Assembly: GCA_002269645.1 (NCBI GenBank)
Contig: NIVC01000313.1
Span: 1 to 64,000, forward strand
Reading direction: 5' to 3'
Source of the DNA: Macrostomum lignano
Lineage: Eukaryota
Length of the DNA: 64,000 nt
The position numbers and the translations under genes were made by a program. The notes below the pieces were generated by a model. The model was not told where the DNA came from. It was given only the letters and a program-made list of their open reading frames with translations, and did not search any database. Position 1 is the first letter of the stretch; every line of letters begins with the position of its first letter. This document shows, piece by piece, positions 13,225 through 30,440 of the stretch.

Positions 13225-13422
13225 GGGTGAGAGGCACAAGTGACTCATGGTTGGTGATCGGTGAGAGGCACAAGTGACTCATGGTTGGTGATCGGTGAGA
13301 GGCACAAGTGACTCATGGTTGGTGATCGGTGAGAGGCACAAGTGATTTATGGTTGGTGATTGGTAAGAGGCACAAGTGACTCATGGTTGGTGATCGGTGA
13401 GAGGCACAAATGACTCATGGTT
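13225..13422. repeat. 34-bp tandem array (GTGACTCATGGTTGGTGATCGGTGAGAGGCACAA), left part
   Basis: Units start at 13240, 13274, 13308, 13342, 13376 and 13410. The array resumes at 19122. Confidence 0.95.
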
Positions 13423-13512
13423 ACTTACTTACTTACTACTGACGGGGGGCGCAGGCGCCGCGAATAGGCCGCGAGGCCCCTATCGCAACCCTAAGGTAAA
13501 GGAGCTTAAGGA

Positions 13513-17530
<4,018 letters not shown>

Positions 17531-17699
17531 GAATAATGTGCAGGTTAACTGGTTGGTTCGCCGGCGGCGGATTATTAATTTGGTTGCTGGTGGCAGTGGC
17601 ATCATTGGGCTGGCAAGCCAGGTTCGCCCTCAGCGCCCCGCTCCTAGTTGGCACGGGGTTGGGAACGGCATTACTCGTTCCCATAGCTATCCGAGCTCG

Positions 17700-18570
<871 letters not shown>

Positions 18571-19121
18571 CCAGAGTAGGCTGGAAATGAAAAACTGAAA
18601 TTTAGAAAAATGGGGGGGTAACCGCTTGGGGACTGGATATACCCCCAGCCAGCTCCGTGGAGCTACCCTCTGCCACGGTAAACAGCAGAGAAGCTTTGGG
18701 TTGCCGTCTTATCCCAGGATTGCTCCCAGGCGAGGCTCCGGCAGGCCCCCGGTCCACACTCAGCAAGATCAGGGGGCGGGAGGCCGGCTGCGGGCTTGGG
18801 ACACAGGCGCTAGGTCGGGTTGACAGCCGACGCCCAAGCCCTCCCCCGCAGGAGCGGCCCTCGAGAAACCGTGTGTTACCAGTTGCAACTATAGGCTGTC
18901 GATAGGTAGTTGGCGCTTAGCCAGCAGCCAACTACTTCGCAGCCACCTGCCCTGCAAAAAGGCAGCAGGGGGATCCGTCCTCCATCAGAAGACCAAAAAC
19001 GAGGAAGCTGGCCGCTTCCACGCCAGGCCTGAGCGAAAGAGAAGGCGGAAAAGCCTCCTCGAAGAGCGAAAAGCTGGCGGGTGTCACAGAGTCCCTCGGT
19101 TTAAGTTTCCATTTGCCCCCC

Positions 19122-19217
19122 GTGACTCATGGTTAGTGATCGGTGAGAGGCACAAGTGACTCATGGTTGGTGATCGGTGAGGGGCACAAGTGACTCATGG
19201 CTGGTGATCGGTGAGAG
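19122..19217. repeat. 34-bp tandem array, right part
   Basis: Units at 19122, 19156 and 19190, same unit as 13225-13422. Confidence 0.95.
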
Positions 19218-20385
19218 GGCCCCCCGATGGCGTTTCAAAATGCCTCTGTAGTACGAGACAGACTAGGCCTATGGGCTATGGTCTGCGATGTTTCACGCCC
19301 CCCCCCCAACTGTGCACGTAAAGGTTGGTATGAGATCTGCACTATCTATTTGTCTCTTTTTGCCACAGACTCCCCCAAGCTGTTTCGTTAGCCAACTTAG
19401 AGAACTCTTCCCCACTGGTGTGCAAGGCAGACCCTCGGTCTCTGGTGCTGGCGACCCATCCAGTAGCTCCGGCCGAACTGGGGTATGTGGCTTGCAGGCC
19501 TTGGTTCTGACAAACGTACCCGGCCCTATAACGCCTGAGGCGTTCTCTGCGCTGCTAGGCTGGAAGGCCGGGGAGTAGTCCGGTCGCTAGTGGTCCACCT
19601 TCTGGTGTCAAGCCAGCCTTGAGGAATCTTTTTTTGGCATCCTGCCTGGTCAGGTGGAGCGGCCAGATAGGTATCGCGGCCCTCGTGGGTAACTCATCAA
19701 CTTGTATCATGGCTTCGAGCCGACTGTGGATAATGCACTCAAACTAGGGACGGGACCTTTCTAAACCCAACCTCGGTCCGAAAGACCGGCCGGCTCTACG
19801 GGCAGATCCCAACCGACTGACTCAACCATGGAGAACTGAAAAAAACAAGAACTGACGGGGTCTGCTTGCAGATCCAACTGGAGCCATAAAACTAAAGATA
19901 CCTGAAAACATGCCGGCCTTGCCAGTGGATCAAAGAGAACCTTGCGAGCTCTAAGCTCAAAGAACCGACCAGAGCTCGCAGATCAAAAAAAGCTCGACAG
20001 AGATCAGAAGATCACAAGTTAGTTGCAACAGGGGAAGATGAAAGAATGCTTAAGCCATGGGAGAAGTGTGTTGCTGCGAGTGAAGACTGTGATGAGAAGG
20101 CTGCTTCGAAGGCTTCTGAATATAAGAATGACAGCAATTTCTTCCCATATGGACAAAGCGCCTCTTTGAATATTCTGCCACTTTCACTTAAAGACTATCA
20201 GTGCGAGTCGATGGTTATTTAATGAAAGAAAGAAATGACTCAATCATTTTTCATTGCATCAATTTTTATGCAGATCTTAGATTTTTCATTAAACAATGTT
20301 TATTGAGCTTGAACTGTTACATTCTGCTGTTAGATAGTGTGTTTAAAGTTTTGGTCAAATTCCAGCTAGTCAGTAGCTGTTCGGC

Positions 20386-21975
20386 TCAGATAGGTGTAGT
20401 AAGCAAATCGAATACTTCCATTGCCTTAGGGCCACCACACGTTTCATTTTCAATGCCTTTCTTGCATCGAGCGTTACAGAGCCTGTTAGGCGCTGCTTTT
20501 CCTTGCAGTATTCTATTGCCACAGTGGCACTCGTTGCCTTTTGCTAGACCAAAATATTTGTATGACCATTGCAAGCAGCCTTCAGCACACATTCTTTGGT
20601 TCATAGCCGCAAAATTTTGTTCCAACTCGAAGTCCAAGACTTTATCTTTTTTAAAATAATAACATCCCTTTGACGGTGCTGAAAAAACCACAAAAGTGTG
20701 ACTCTGTAAATTTTTGACAGCTAATAAATCAAACGGCTACGGCTGTCCACTTACCCGGCACTATTACAGCCGTAGTAGGTGGCACTTCGTAGATACTCAT
20801 ACCAAAACTGCCACCACAAGTTTCCCGGTTGTTTCCCGGACACCTGCGATCGCACTGTGATGGCAAAATCGGCTCTGATATGATCTGGTCTCCGCAATAG
20901 CAGTTTGTTTCTTGTACTCCAAAATATAGTTTTTTCATGTCTCGACATGCCCAAATGCATGAACGAAGAAACATGTTGGAGTCCTCTTTGGCGAATCTAA
21001 TTAGAGCACTTTCATGCTCAAAATGCAAAAAGCAACCCTTATAATATGTTCCTGAAATTTTTTGGTAAAAGTTCAATTATTGTTGGTAGGAAATGTACGC
21101 CAGTGCATTATAAATACATATGAATACAATTTCCAAGGCCACCGAGTCACAACACATCTGCAAGCAGATCAACTTGGCCGCATATAAGGTAGTGTTAGTC
21201 GCTGCGAAGCCCAGGGAGTGGTCGCTGTGGCGGCTAACTATTGATTCGAATAGTCAGACATATGCATTGGTTTTGCAGCTTCACTATGAAACAAATTATG
21301 GTCCATCAGAAGGGCAAGACGCATTATGAAGGTAAGGCACTCTCGCAAAGGCGTGAGGAAGATAAGGGTCAACACGAGAGAGAAGCTGAAGAAGCGCACA
21401 AATACACAACAGACTCAACAGGACAAGGAAGTCAGCGAGTCGAGTCAAAATGTCACCTGGCATAACGGACCAAATTAAGATGCATTCTATCTAAGTAGCT
21501 GGAGAATGCTTGCTTTTATAAATGCGTACACCTATTTAACGTCTAGCCTATTTAGCCTAGCCGTTTATATGTTTTGGGGTTAATAGATACTTACCTAGTA
21601 AATCTGAAATTGAGATATGGGAACTCGGTTATTGTTGGTAAAATAGCACCGCAAATACTCAGAATTAAAATACGAAATCAGTGAAATACATCCTAATTGT
21701 AAAGCCAAAATTAAATAAATGCGTAAATTAATTTTTACTTTCACTTAGTAATTAATCTATGAATAAATATCAATTGGCATTGGAATGACGCGTAGGCACT
21801 TACTGACGTAGCCTGAAAGTAAAGCCCGGTATAATTTTTAATGCAAATACACATAAGATAACACTAATATTATTTCAATTAAATTCATACTAATCCATCC
21901 CGAGTATAGAGGCTTACCTCCGAAGACGCTTGAAACCGCAACAAGAAGGAACAGAGCAAGAGTTGCAAACTGCAT
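20386..21975 (-). CDS. Secreted two-WSC-domain protein, paralog B (complete)
   Basis: Exons 21975-21918 (MQFATLALFLLVAVSSVFG), 21812-21804, 21603-21595, 21051-20755 (WSC1) and 20678-20386 (WSC2, stop). GT-AG boundaries keep the frame. Exon sizes 58/9/9/297 match paralog A. Confidence 0.88.
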
Positions 21976-22070
21976 GATTGCTTCAATTGCTTTTTTGCTT
22001 CGAGAGTTTGTTTTACTAGACTCCTGTATTCGTCGAAAACTTGATTCGGCAGCCTCGAGCCTCTCTTTCT

Positions 22071-22076
22071 TTTATA
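22071..22076 (-). promoter_or_regulatory. Candidate TATA box of WSC paralog B
   Basis: TATAAA about 100 nt upstream of the ATG, within an upstream block conserved with paralog A (which has GATAAA at the equivalent site). Confidence 0.4.
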
Positions 22077-22589
22077 GAGCTCGAATGCAAATTCTTGAAA
22101 TAAATTTGTGCCACGTTGCAAATTCCTACATCAACTACCACGTAGAAATTGAATTTTAGAATGTGAGTGGCTAAAAGTTTTCGTTCAACTTAAAGTTTTT
22201 CAACTCATTTTTATTTTAAATTTCAGGAAGTTGAAACTCGGATTCAATTACTAGAACTCTGTTTTAAGCGTTTTTAAAATAATTAAGATCTTCTTCAGAA
22301 ATAAAAAAATGCAAAAAATTCAGAAAAAATGAAAACCAAGTATTGAAAGCAACTACGAATGGTGTTTCAAAAGTATTGCCGCATTTCTTTGCACTACCTT
22401 TCATGATCATAAATTGAAACAAAGGGAATAATCACTGAATAACGGCTTTAACTTTAACTGTGGGCGAAAGTCAGAGGACAGGGATTTTCACAGCAGAGGC
22501 AAGTGACTGTTGCCATCAACAGAGACCCAGGGATCCAATTACAATTACAGCAAAAATACTGGAAGGACAACAGGAACATGCAATCCGAT

Positions 22590-24530
22590 GTTAATTAGAT
22601 ACCGGAGCTGGTGTTTCAATAATGTCCGAAATGTTGTGGAACCAGTTGGGCAGGCCTAGACTGCAACCTTCAAGCACCAAGCTGGGTCGCTATGCCAACA
22701 ACCACACATTCCAAGTACTAGGACAGAAGTGACAGAAGTGTCAGCGAAATCATAGCAGGGCGTGGTTTCTAGGCCACATTCTAGACAATGGTCGCATCTA
22801 CCCGAACGACGAGAAAGTCAGTGCAATCAAGGAAATGGAGCCACCAAAAAGTTTGGCAGAATTAGAGTCATTTCTGGGATTAGTAACATTCTGTTATCGC
22901 TTCATACCTAACTTGTCAGAAATGACAACCACACTGATTTAACTGAAGCAGAAAGGTTCAAAGTTCCACTGGGGTTCAGGACAAATGGAAGCTTTCAACA
23001 ACATCAAAAGGTTAATTTCAAAAGACGCAGAGTTGTCCGCTTACGATCCGAAACTACCCGTAGAACTGGAGGTTGACGCATCGAAGAAAGCCTTGGGAGG
23101 GGTACTGAGTCAAGAAGGTCGCCCGTACTCTATATCAGTAAAGCTCTTTCCAAAGCAGAAAAAAACTACTCGAAAATTGAGCGTGAGGCACTGGCCATAG
23201 TCTGGGGAATTCGCAGATGCCATCGATTTCTCTGTGGGAGGAAGTTCAGCTTGGTCACGGACCATAGATCCTTGATCTACATTTTAGCAGTCGACAAGGA
23301 ACTTCCACCCCGAGTGTCTGCCAGACTACAGAGAGATGAGCGATTTTCCTTACAGCCTACGACTATGCAATCCAGTACCGGAACACAAAGGCTATGGCTT
23401 CTGATGCGCTATCTCGACTAGTCAAGACAGGGTTAGACGAAACTACTCTGGAAATTGGAAACGTAAATGTGTTTTGCTCGCTCGTGTCAGCTAATGAGAT
23501 GGTACATGCTACGAATAGTTGTCAGGACATGCGGATGCTAAAGAAAGCTGTGACAACAGGGGACTCCAGGCATTAGGCACTGAGACCCTTCAAGCCTATC
23601 CAGGATGAACTAACTGTTCAAGATGATCTTGTTCTGAGGGGACAGAGAATCGTTGTTCCAAAATCGCTACGTGACAGAGTGATCAAGGCCGTTCATCAAA
23701 CACACCTTGGAATCGTCAGGTCAACGTCTTTGACCAGAAAAAGAGTTCTGGTGGCCTGCTATGGACAAAGATCTCGAGAAAGCGATTGGCTTGTGTAAAA
23801 TTTGCCGCTCTGCTAAGCCACAGAACCGAAATTTTCGTACATCTTGGCCGGAAGCAAATGTTCCGTGGGATCGAGTTCATGCGGATTTTGCCGGTCCCGT
23901 TGAGAACCTACATCTTCTAGTGATAGCAGACTCGTACACAGGCTACCCCGAGATCCACATCACTAAAGATATGACATCGCAAACGGTGATTCAATGTCTT
24001 CGACGAACATTTTCTCAACTGGGAATACCTCGCACCATAGTATCAGACAACGGTCCAAGCTTCACGAGCAGGGAGTTCAGAGAATGGCTTGATGGACTCG
24101 ATTGCAAACATTTGATGACTGCACCATACCATCCTCAGAGCAATGGAGCTGAAAGACTAGTACGAACACTGAAAGAGGCAATCAGAAGGTGGTGCTTCCT
24201 ATCGGGCAGAGCATGGCGCTCATCAAGACAGATGAGGAACAACCAAAGTACTGGAAGGTTCACTTTGACCAAATTCAGCCATATGAACAGCCAAGTGAGC
24301 AAGCAGACGCAATGGCAGACCAACCGCGGACGGAAGAGCCTAGACCGGATGCAGAAGAAGACGCAAGTGCGAATAGTCCGGAGCCAGAACCGGATGGAGT
24401 TTAATGGGCTAAGGCGCAGTCAGCGATTAATGCAAAAACCGCGAGTTGACTATGGTTGCTGATGCTGACTTCAGCAGCGAATTGACTGTTTCCAGTCACT
24501 AACTGGCGTTACTTATTGTAAGGGGGAAGA
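22590..24530 (+). mobile_element. Degenerate Ty3/Gypsy pol (protease, RT C-terminus, RNase H, integrase)
   Basis: DTGAGVSIM; FLGHIL...LESFLGLV; VELEVDASKKALGGVLSQEGRP; VHADFAGP...IVSDNGPSFTS...TAPYHPQSNGAER. The RT core appears to be missing. Confidence 0.85.
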
Positions 24531-24700
24531 TGCTGTTTGTGGGCTCAATCAGTGCCATAGTGCCTTTTTGTATAAAATATAAGCTCTGCAGAGCGAAATA
24601 AAAAGTAATTCGTTTAGCAAGACTCCGAGCGCTGAAAATATACAAGCATAAGACTCGTGTTACCTTTATGACTCCGACTCCCTAGTGCTACATAACAGTT
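24531..24700 (+). repeat. Probable 3' LTR of the Gypsy element (right end uncertain)
   Basis: Starts with TG immediately after polypurine tract AAGGGGGAAGA; contains TATAAAA and AATAAA. Confidence 0.55.
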
Positions 24701-25789
24701 TGTGCTACACGTCTGCACTGCCCCAGCTCCACTAATACTTGCTTCTACCCAAAGTCGGAGTGGACTTTACGTCTGTGTAAATCTATAGCACATGAAACAA
24801 TGGGAGATTATACATACGGTACTAGAGGTAAACAATAAGCAAAATCACGAGTGGCGTAAGCTGTTTTGCAGGCAAAGGTAATTATTTCTAGCACCTCATC
24901 AGAATAATGATGGCAAGCAAAAGCGACACTTTGGAGTAGTTCTTTCATTTATACGAGATTTACGTTTTTATTTTTAGTAACTAAAAATGAGTACTTCAGC
25001 ACTTTTTAAAAGTAAGTAAAGACTTCTAGATGAAAATTGTGGAACATGATGTCTTGTTTACGAAATTAATGCCAATGACAAAAAGAACAATTAATGTCAA
25101 TAGATTTAGCTGAATGCATATATTAGCTGTCAGTTTACCTGTCACCTAAATTTTATGCAAAGTTGTGGATAAGGCGCTGTTAAAGGTACGCCCATTCTTA
25201 GAGTGCAGTGAGCTATGCATGCTTACTTCTAGCGACATTGCCATAAGGAATGGTATCTTTTTAGATTTGGGTTAAAACTGCTGCTTTGTAGGTGGTAAAA
25301 CAAATCTATCCTAATTAGCAAGTAAGCTGCAAAGTTTAAGGAGGGAATTCAGCCTGCGAAGGTCCAGACGGAGAAAGGCATTCGGAGACAAGTATTTCGG
25401 TGTACTTCGCTGTAGACTAAGCCTCGTCGGTCATAATCATAAGCCAGGCTTCAATGCAAACAAGACTCGAATTATTTTTTGCAAATTGTAGCTACTTCCT
25501 TAATAAGACTCGCTTTACGGTTCTTTCTAAGAGCTCATCTTCTTGCATTACAGTAATGTAGTACAAGCTTCAATAAAAAAACAAACGGATGATTTGCTTT
25601 GGCATCCCAAAGGAATCTAAAAGGGATCTGCTGGCACACTATCACTTCAGTTTATCCCTATTATTCCAGATTTACAGTGTAAGCACCTATTAGGTTACAC
25701 CCGTTAATGTAAGGAGATTTACTCAGCAATATTTCAATCTGAACCATTGCTAATTCCGTGGTCTTCAAAAACTGTTTTAATAGAATTCC

Positions 25790-26030
25790 GCCAACGTGGC
25801 ATCATGGCACTAGCGCTGCTGTACTAACACCGGATGGCCTGTCGGATTTCTTTGAGACACCTCTGGGATGCTTCAGGGAGACACGCTTGCGCCGTGCACT
25901 CACTGGGTGCTCTTTCTTCTAACGACGACGGCTTCCTGCTGCATCGACGCGTGGTTCGACGCCAACTGGAGTGGCGGCCCTCAGCACGCTTGGCTACGCC
26001 TGAAGAGTTTATTGGGTGGTGATCAGTCAC
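25790..26030 (+). mobile_element. RTE-like RT fragment
   Basis: VLTPDGLSDFFET...LQGDTLAP motif. Confidence 0.55.
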
Positions 26031-26869
26031 TCAATAACTCCCACTTCTAGACACTGGGGAACAGGTATATACAAAATCGAATAACTCTTACTGCAGCGGA
26101 TCATCTTGTAGTTTGTAGACGTCTGGGTCTTGTAGTGTGTAGCGCTGTCCGACTTGGCTGAGCGGTGGCGGCGGCCGGTTCCGGTGAACCGCTGTTGTTT
26201 CTTGGAGTCCTTAACTTTATCTGTGGGTCGACCAAAACGAGAGCGAATTAGAATTCTTGACGGTCCTTGAGCTCGGAATTAACAATAGAACGTATGAACA
26301 ATTGTCTTCTCTGAATATCTGTAATAGGTCCTCCTGAAGGGCGTCTTCTTTGTTACGTCCGAAACGTAACGGACAACTCAATTCAAATCAATAAATCCTT
26401 TAGGAATGTATCCTAGGAAACAAGGAGGCCTTTCTCAAATGTCTCGACAATAAATGGCTCTCGTAGACTGAATTAATCAACTTACTAGTGCTATAGGAAA
26501 GAACTAAATCGGGTAACGCTTGCCAATCTATCCGGATTTCTTCTTGGTTAACGTATTCCAAAGTCTTCATTAAGACCGCTCCGAGTCTGAATTTTTGACT
26601 TGGATTTTCGCTTATATTTATAGTAAAATTTTGGTGAAAAACTGGTTTAAAATCGGTTATTTACTTAGGTAACGTAGGTTTGATCATTACCATATATGGG
26701 ATTAAGCAAATAAAACTCCCGAGAACCGGTTTCTTGATCAAATAAACGTTGGTCCTACGTGGGGCTCTGACTCACTTCTGTTTGCATATGCAACTAATTC
26801 TAAAAATAGATAATTACTCATCATGACTCATTCTAAAAATGGATTGTTTAGAATTGTTTAGATTGTTTA

Positions 26870-28920
26870 GATAGCTGTAGGAATAAACTTGTCTCTGACT
26901 CTGATCAATTCTTTGCCCAGACTCACGCTATTGTGAGTAGCAAGAAGAACAGGTTGATTCATGAAACTTTGAAACAACTGAGGGCTAATAAAGAGATTAA
27001 GGTTGTTGGCTATGACAAGGGTTACGGAGTTGCCATTCTTGATAGTGATGACTATCATAGAAAGTTGAATGACATCGTTAGTGATCAATCCAAGTTTCGT
27101 TGCTTAGGTCCTAACGACGAGGTGACGATGATGCACCCTGTGCTAAAGGCTGAACGCAGTATCCAAACCTACATCAGAACTCAGGTGAAGAGGTATGTGA
27201 AAGAAGAAACGTACAAATGTATAATGCCCAGTGGTAGCCAGCCTGGCCAGTTGTATGGCCTGTGTTCAAAGTCCACAAAGAGGACAAGCCCCTGCGTCCC
27301 ATCGTGTCTATGATTAATACTGCTGAGTATGAGTTGGCCAGGTTTTTAGACTCTATCATCAAGCCAAAAATGCGCCAAGAGTTTAGTGTCAATTCTAACC
27401 ATCAGTTCATTGAAGCTCTGAAATCTGTGAGGCCGGACGGTAATGACAGTGTGTTCAGCTTTGATGTCACTTCGCTATTAACGAACATTCCTCTCAAGCT
27501 TGCTTTAGATCTTGCCACTGACGTTGTCTTTGTTGAGTCTCCTCCTGAAATACCTAAAGCGGTGTTTAGGAAGCTGCTGACTTTAGCTACTTCGGGTATC
27601 TTTCTCTTTCAAGACAAATACTATCGCCAAGTTGACGGGTGTGCTATGGGTAGCTCGCTTGCTCCAACGCTGGCTAACGTCTGCATGGCTTACTGGGAGA
27701 AGCAGTGGATGTCTCTTCCATGTGCTCCGACCTTTTATAGGAGGTATGTTGATGATATGGTACCTTTGCGATCTTCGATGAGGCTAGTAAGCAAAGTCAA
27801 TTTCTCCAAGCGCTGAACTCTACTCACCCAAACATTCGGTTCACCGTGGAAGGGGGTGATAAGATAAGAAGTTGCCCTTTCTTGACATTGAGGTTGAGTT
27901 GAGTCTGGACACTGTTAGCACTAAGGTGTACCGCAAACCCACGTTTACTGGTCTGATGCTCAACTTTAATGCGTTGTGGCCCGCGCCAATGGAAGGCTGG
28001 TCTTGTCCGTTGCATGATGCACAGAGCGTTCAGTATCTGTAGTACCTGGCAATCTTTCCACCAAGAAGTGGTCGAGCTCACTGACATTTTTCAACGTAAT
28101 GGTTTCCCTAGGGGTTTTGTTGGTAAAGTGCTGAACAGATTTCTGACTAAGAAAATGACTGAGTCTAGTTTGACTGACGAAGCTAAGAGGTCGAATTCCA
28201 GTGATGTGCTGATCAAACTCCCATTCCTTGGTGTCCCGTCCCTGAGTCTGGAAAAGAAGCTTAAAAGAACCGTCTTGAAGTATTTCAACTCTCGGGTCAT
28301 GGTTGTGTTTCAGACCGCCAAAATCGGCCAGTTTGTTAGCAGGTTGAAGTCGAAGGCCCCTAGAGCTCTGTCTGCTGGTGTCATCTATCAATTTTGTTGC
28401 TCTGGTGATCAGAGCATTTCCTACATAGGAAAAACCAAAAGGCACCTGTACACAGGGCTAGGGAGCATAGAATGAATAACTCTGCTGTGCATGATCACTT
28501 GCTTAGTTGCAATGCTTGTTGTGAGCATGAGCCGACTGAGCTTTTCATCGTTTTGGATAGATGTAAAATTGATGGCAAACTCAGAATGCTGGAAGCCTTG
28601 CTTGCAGGTGTAGGAGCCAGTTCACAGCTCAAAGTTTTCTAGGCTTGGTGTGGGTTTGCGGCTCTCTCCTCGCCATTATTGTTTGCTCTGTGTTTGTTTG
28701 TTCTTTGTGATGGCTAAAAATTTAATTTATTTTCGTCTCTTAATGTACAATTATCGACCGGACTGAACGTCTTATTGCCCTGTACAGTTTTTGATTTTCT
28801 TTATTTATTTAAATATACGGAACTGTTAATCATGAGTGCAAGCCCTGAAGATGACCGCCAGTGTCGAAACGCGTTGGCTGTAATAACAATTTACTCATAC
28901 GTTGGTGTTGGCCTTCATTT
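26870..28920 (+). mobile_element. Penelope-like element (RT + GIY-YIG endonuclease), frameshifted
   Basis: KVHKEDKPLRPIVS, FDVTSLLTNIP, GCAMGSSLAP, YRRYVDD, then GVIYQFCCSGDQSISYIGKTKRHL. Confidence 0.88.
28841..28879 (+). ncRNA. Candidate minimal type I hammerhead ribozyme at the 3' end of the Penelope-like element
   Basis: AGCC-CUGAAGA-U-GAC(loop)GUC-GAAA-CGCG-UU-GGCU: conserved core, stem I AGCC/GGCU, short stem II and palindromic ACGCGU stem III. Confidence 0.65.
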
Positions 28921-29029
28921 TTCTATTATTTATTAAACGAGCATCTCTACCAGATTGTGAGTTTAAAATGGTTTTATTAGAATATTACTTGAAGTAGTGC
29001 ATTACGGTATGACTAACGGCTCAATACAC

Positions 29030-29760
29030 GCCGACGATCTCGTCCTACTGTCATCGACCGTCAAGGCGCCCAACGCCAGCTGGAGCAGCTGGTAAATGTT
29101 GCGGCGAGCGTCGCCTTGTGGTCAAAACGCAGAAGACCGTCGTGCTCTGCGTGCAGGACGACATCGAGGCTGCTATTTTTTGCCGAGGCCGTGACGGACA
29201 GTTGACAAGGCTTCCGCGCTGTCAGCAGTTTTTCTATCTCGGCGGTCTGGTACCTGACGTTCGCCAGGATCTGCGACATCACCGTGGACTTTCCTGAGCT
29301 TCCTTCCGTTCCGCGAGGTCTGTCCTATAGTTCGAGGCCCTGTCTGACTTTGTAGGCGTCGATCGCGGTGTCGATCACTCCGAGGTTTATCACTCCGAGA
29401 CCTGGACGCTGACGGAATCGCTCGAACAGCAGATCGATGCGGCGTACGCTGACCAACTGCACGACGCCTTCAATATCGGCTACAAGCGAGTCAACAATGC
29501 GTCACTTTATCGCTGCACCGTCCCAGCGAACCGTTGCGCCGTCGGCGACTCCAGCTGGCAGGCTATTTCATGAGAGCCGAGTCGTACTGCCCGTAGCCGG
29601 TGTAGGAGGTGCTGCTGCTGACGCTGCAGGCACCCTACCGTCGACTGCCTGTCTGCTGATTCCGGCGCCCCGGAAACTGCTGGCGTTGCGGCCTACGTTC
29701 GCGCCCAAGCCTTGAAACGCGCCCTGTGACATTGTCCATAAGACACAGCCTGGCGTAATG
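29030..29760 (+). mobile_element. RTE-like LINE, 5'-truncated and degenerate
   Basis: ADDLVLLSSTV...QRQLEQL...TQKTVVL...FFYLGG, followed by a 3' region shared with 5195-5410. Confidence 0.65.
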
Positions 29761-30229
29761 ACAAACTCAAGTGGCCATTGTGTGATTATGCTGTACGCAC
29801 ATTACTCAACGCTTAGGAATTATTATTTAAGGCTACTAAAAAACATTCACGAGACAATGTGTTTGTGCATACGATTTGTCCATCTCCAAAACCTAATACA
29901 CAGTCTATCATTATTTCAGTCCCTTACCTACTACGCAATCACCATTGTCTAACGCTTGACTGGCTGAACAAAGTTTTTTGTTGTTTTTTGTGCTTAACAG
30001 AATATTCTTCCTTGGGGAAGATAGACAGTCGCTTGGGAATGCAGTGGAATCTGCATGACCAATCGCGGGATGCTTTCGGCTCATGTATTCATGGGTTCGG
30101 CCAGGCGTGGTAAAGGCGGCATCTAACAAAAGTTAATATTGGTATTATTGTTATGAAATATTAACTATACTTTTAGTATTATGATTATGATTATTAATAT
30201 GAATGTTATTATATTTTTTATTACTATAT

Positions 30230-30440
30230 AGTGTTACTAGACAACCGCACGCACAGGGGTTATTAAAGCACCCTCTGGTGGAAAATAGCTGTGTCCAGCC
30301 TAGCTGTAGATTGTGGGGTAAGGCCCAGACCCCGCAAGTCAAGGAGAAAATTTTGGTCAGAGTGGTGCGGCTTGGCCCCGGCGGAGTCTCCCACAGCCCA
30401 GACGCCTTGCTGAGGCGGCTCTCAGCGCCTGAAAACTTAA
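30230..30440 (-). mobile_element. RTE-like LINE 3'-end fragment
   Basis: Reverse-complement similarity to 3330-3480. Confidence 0.45.

Noticed and set aside
13225-13422. CRISPR-like 34-bp repeats
   Set aside because: No spacers; this is a simple tandem array.
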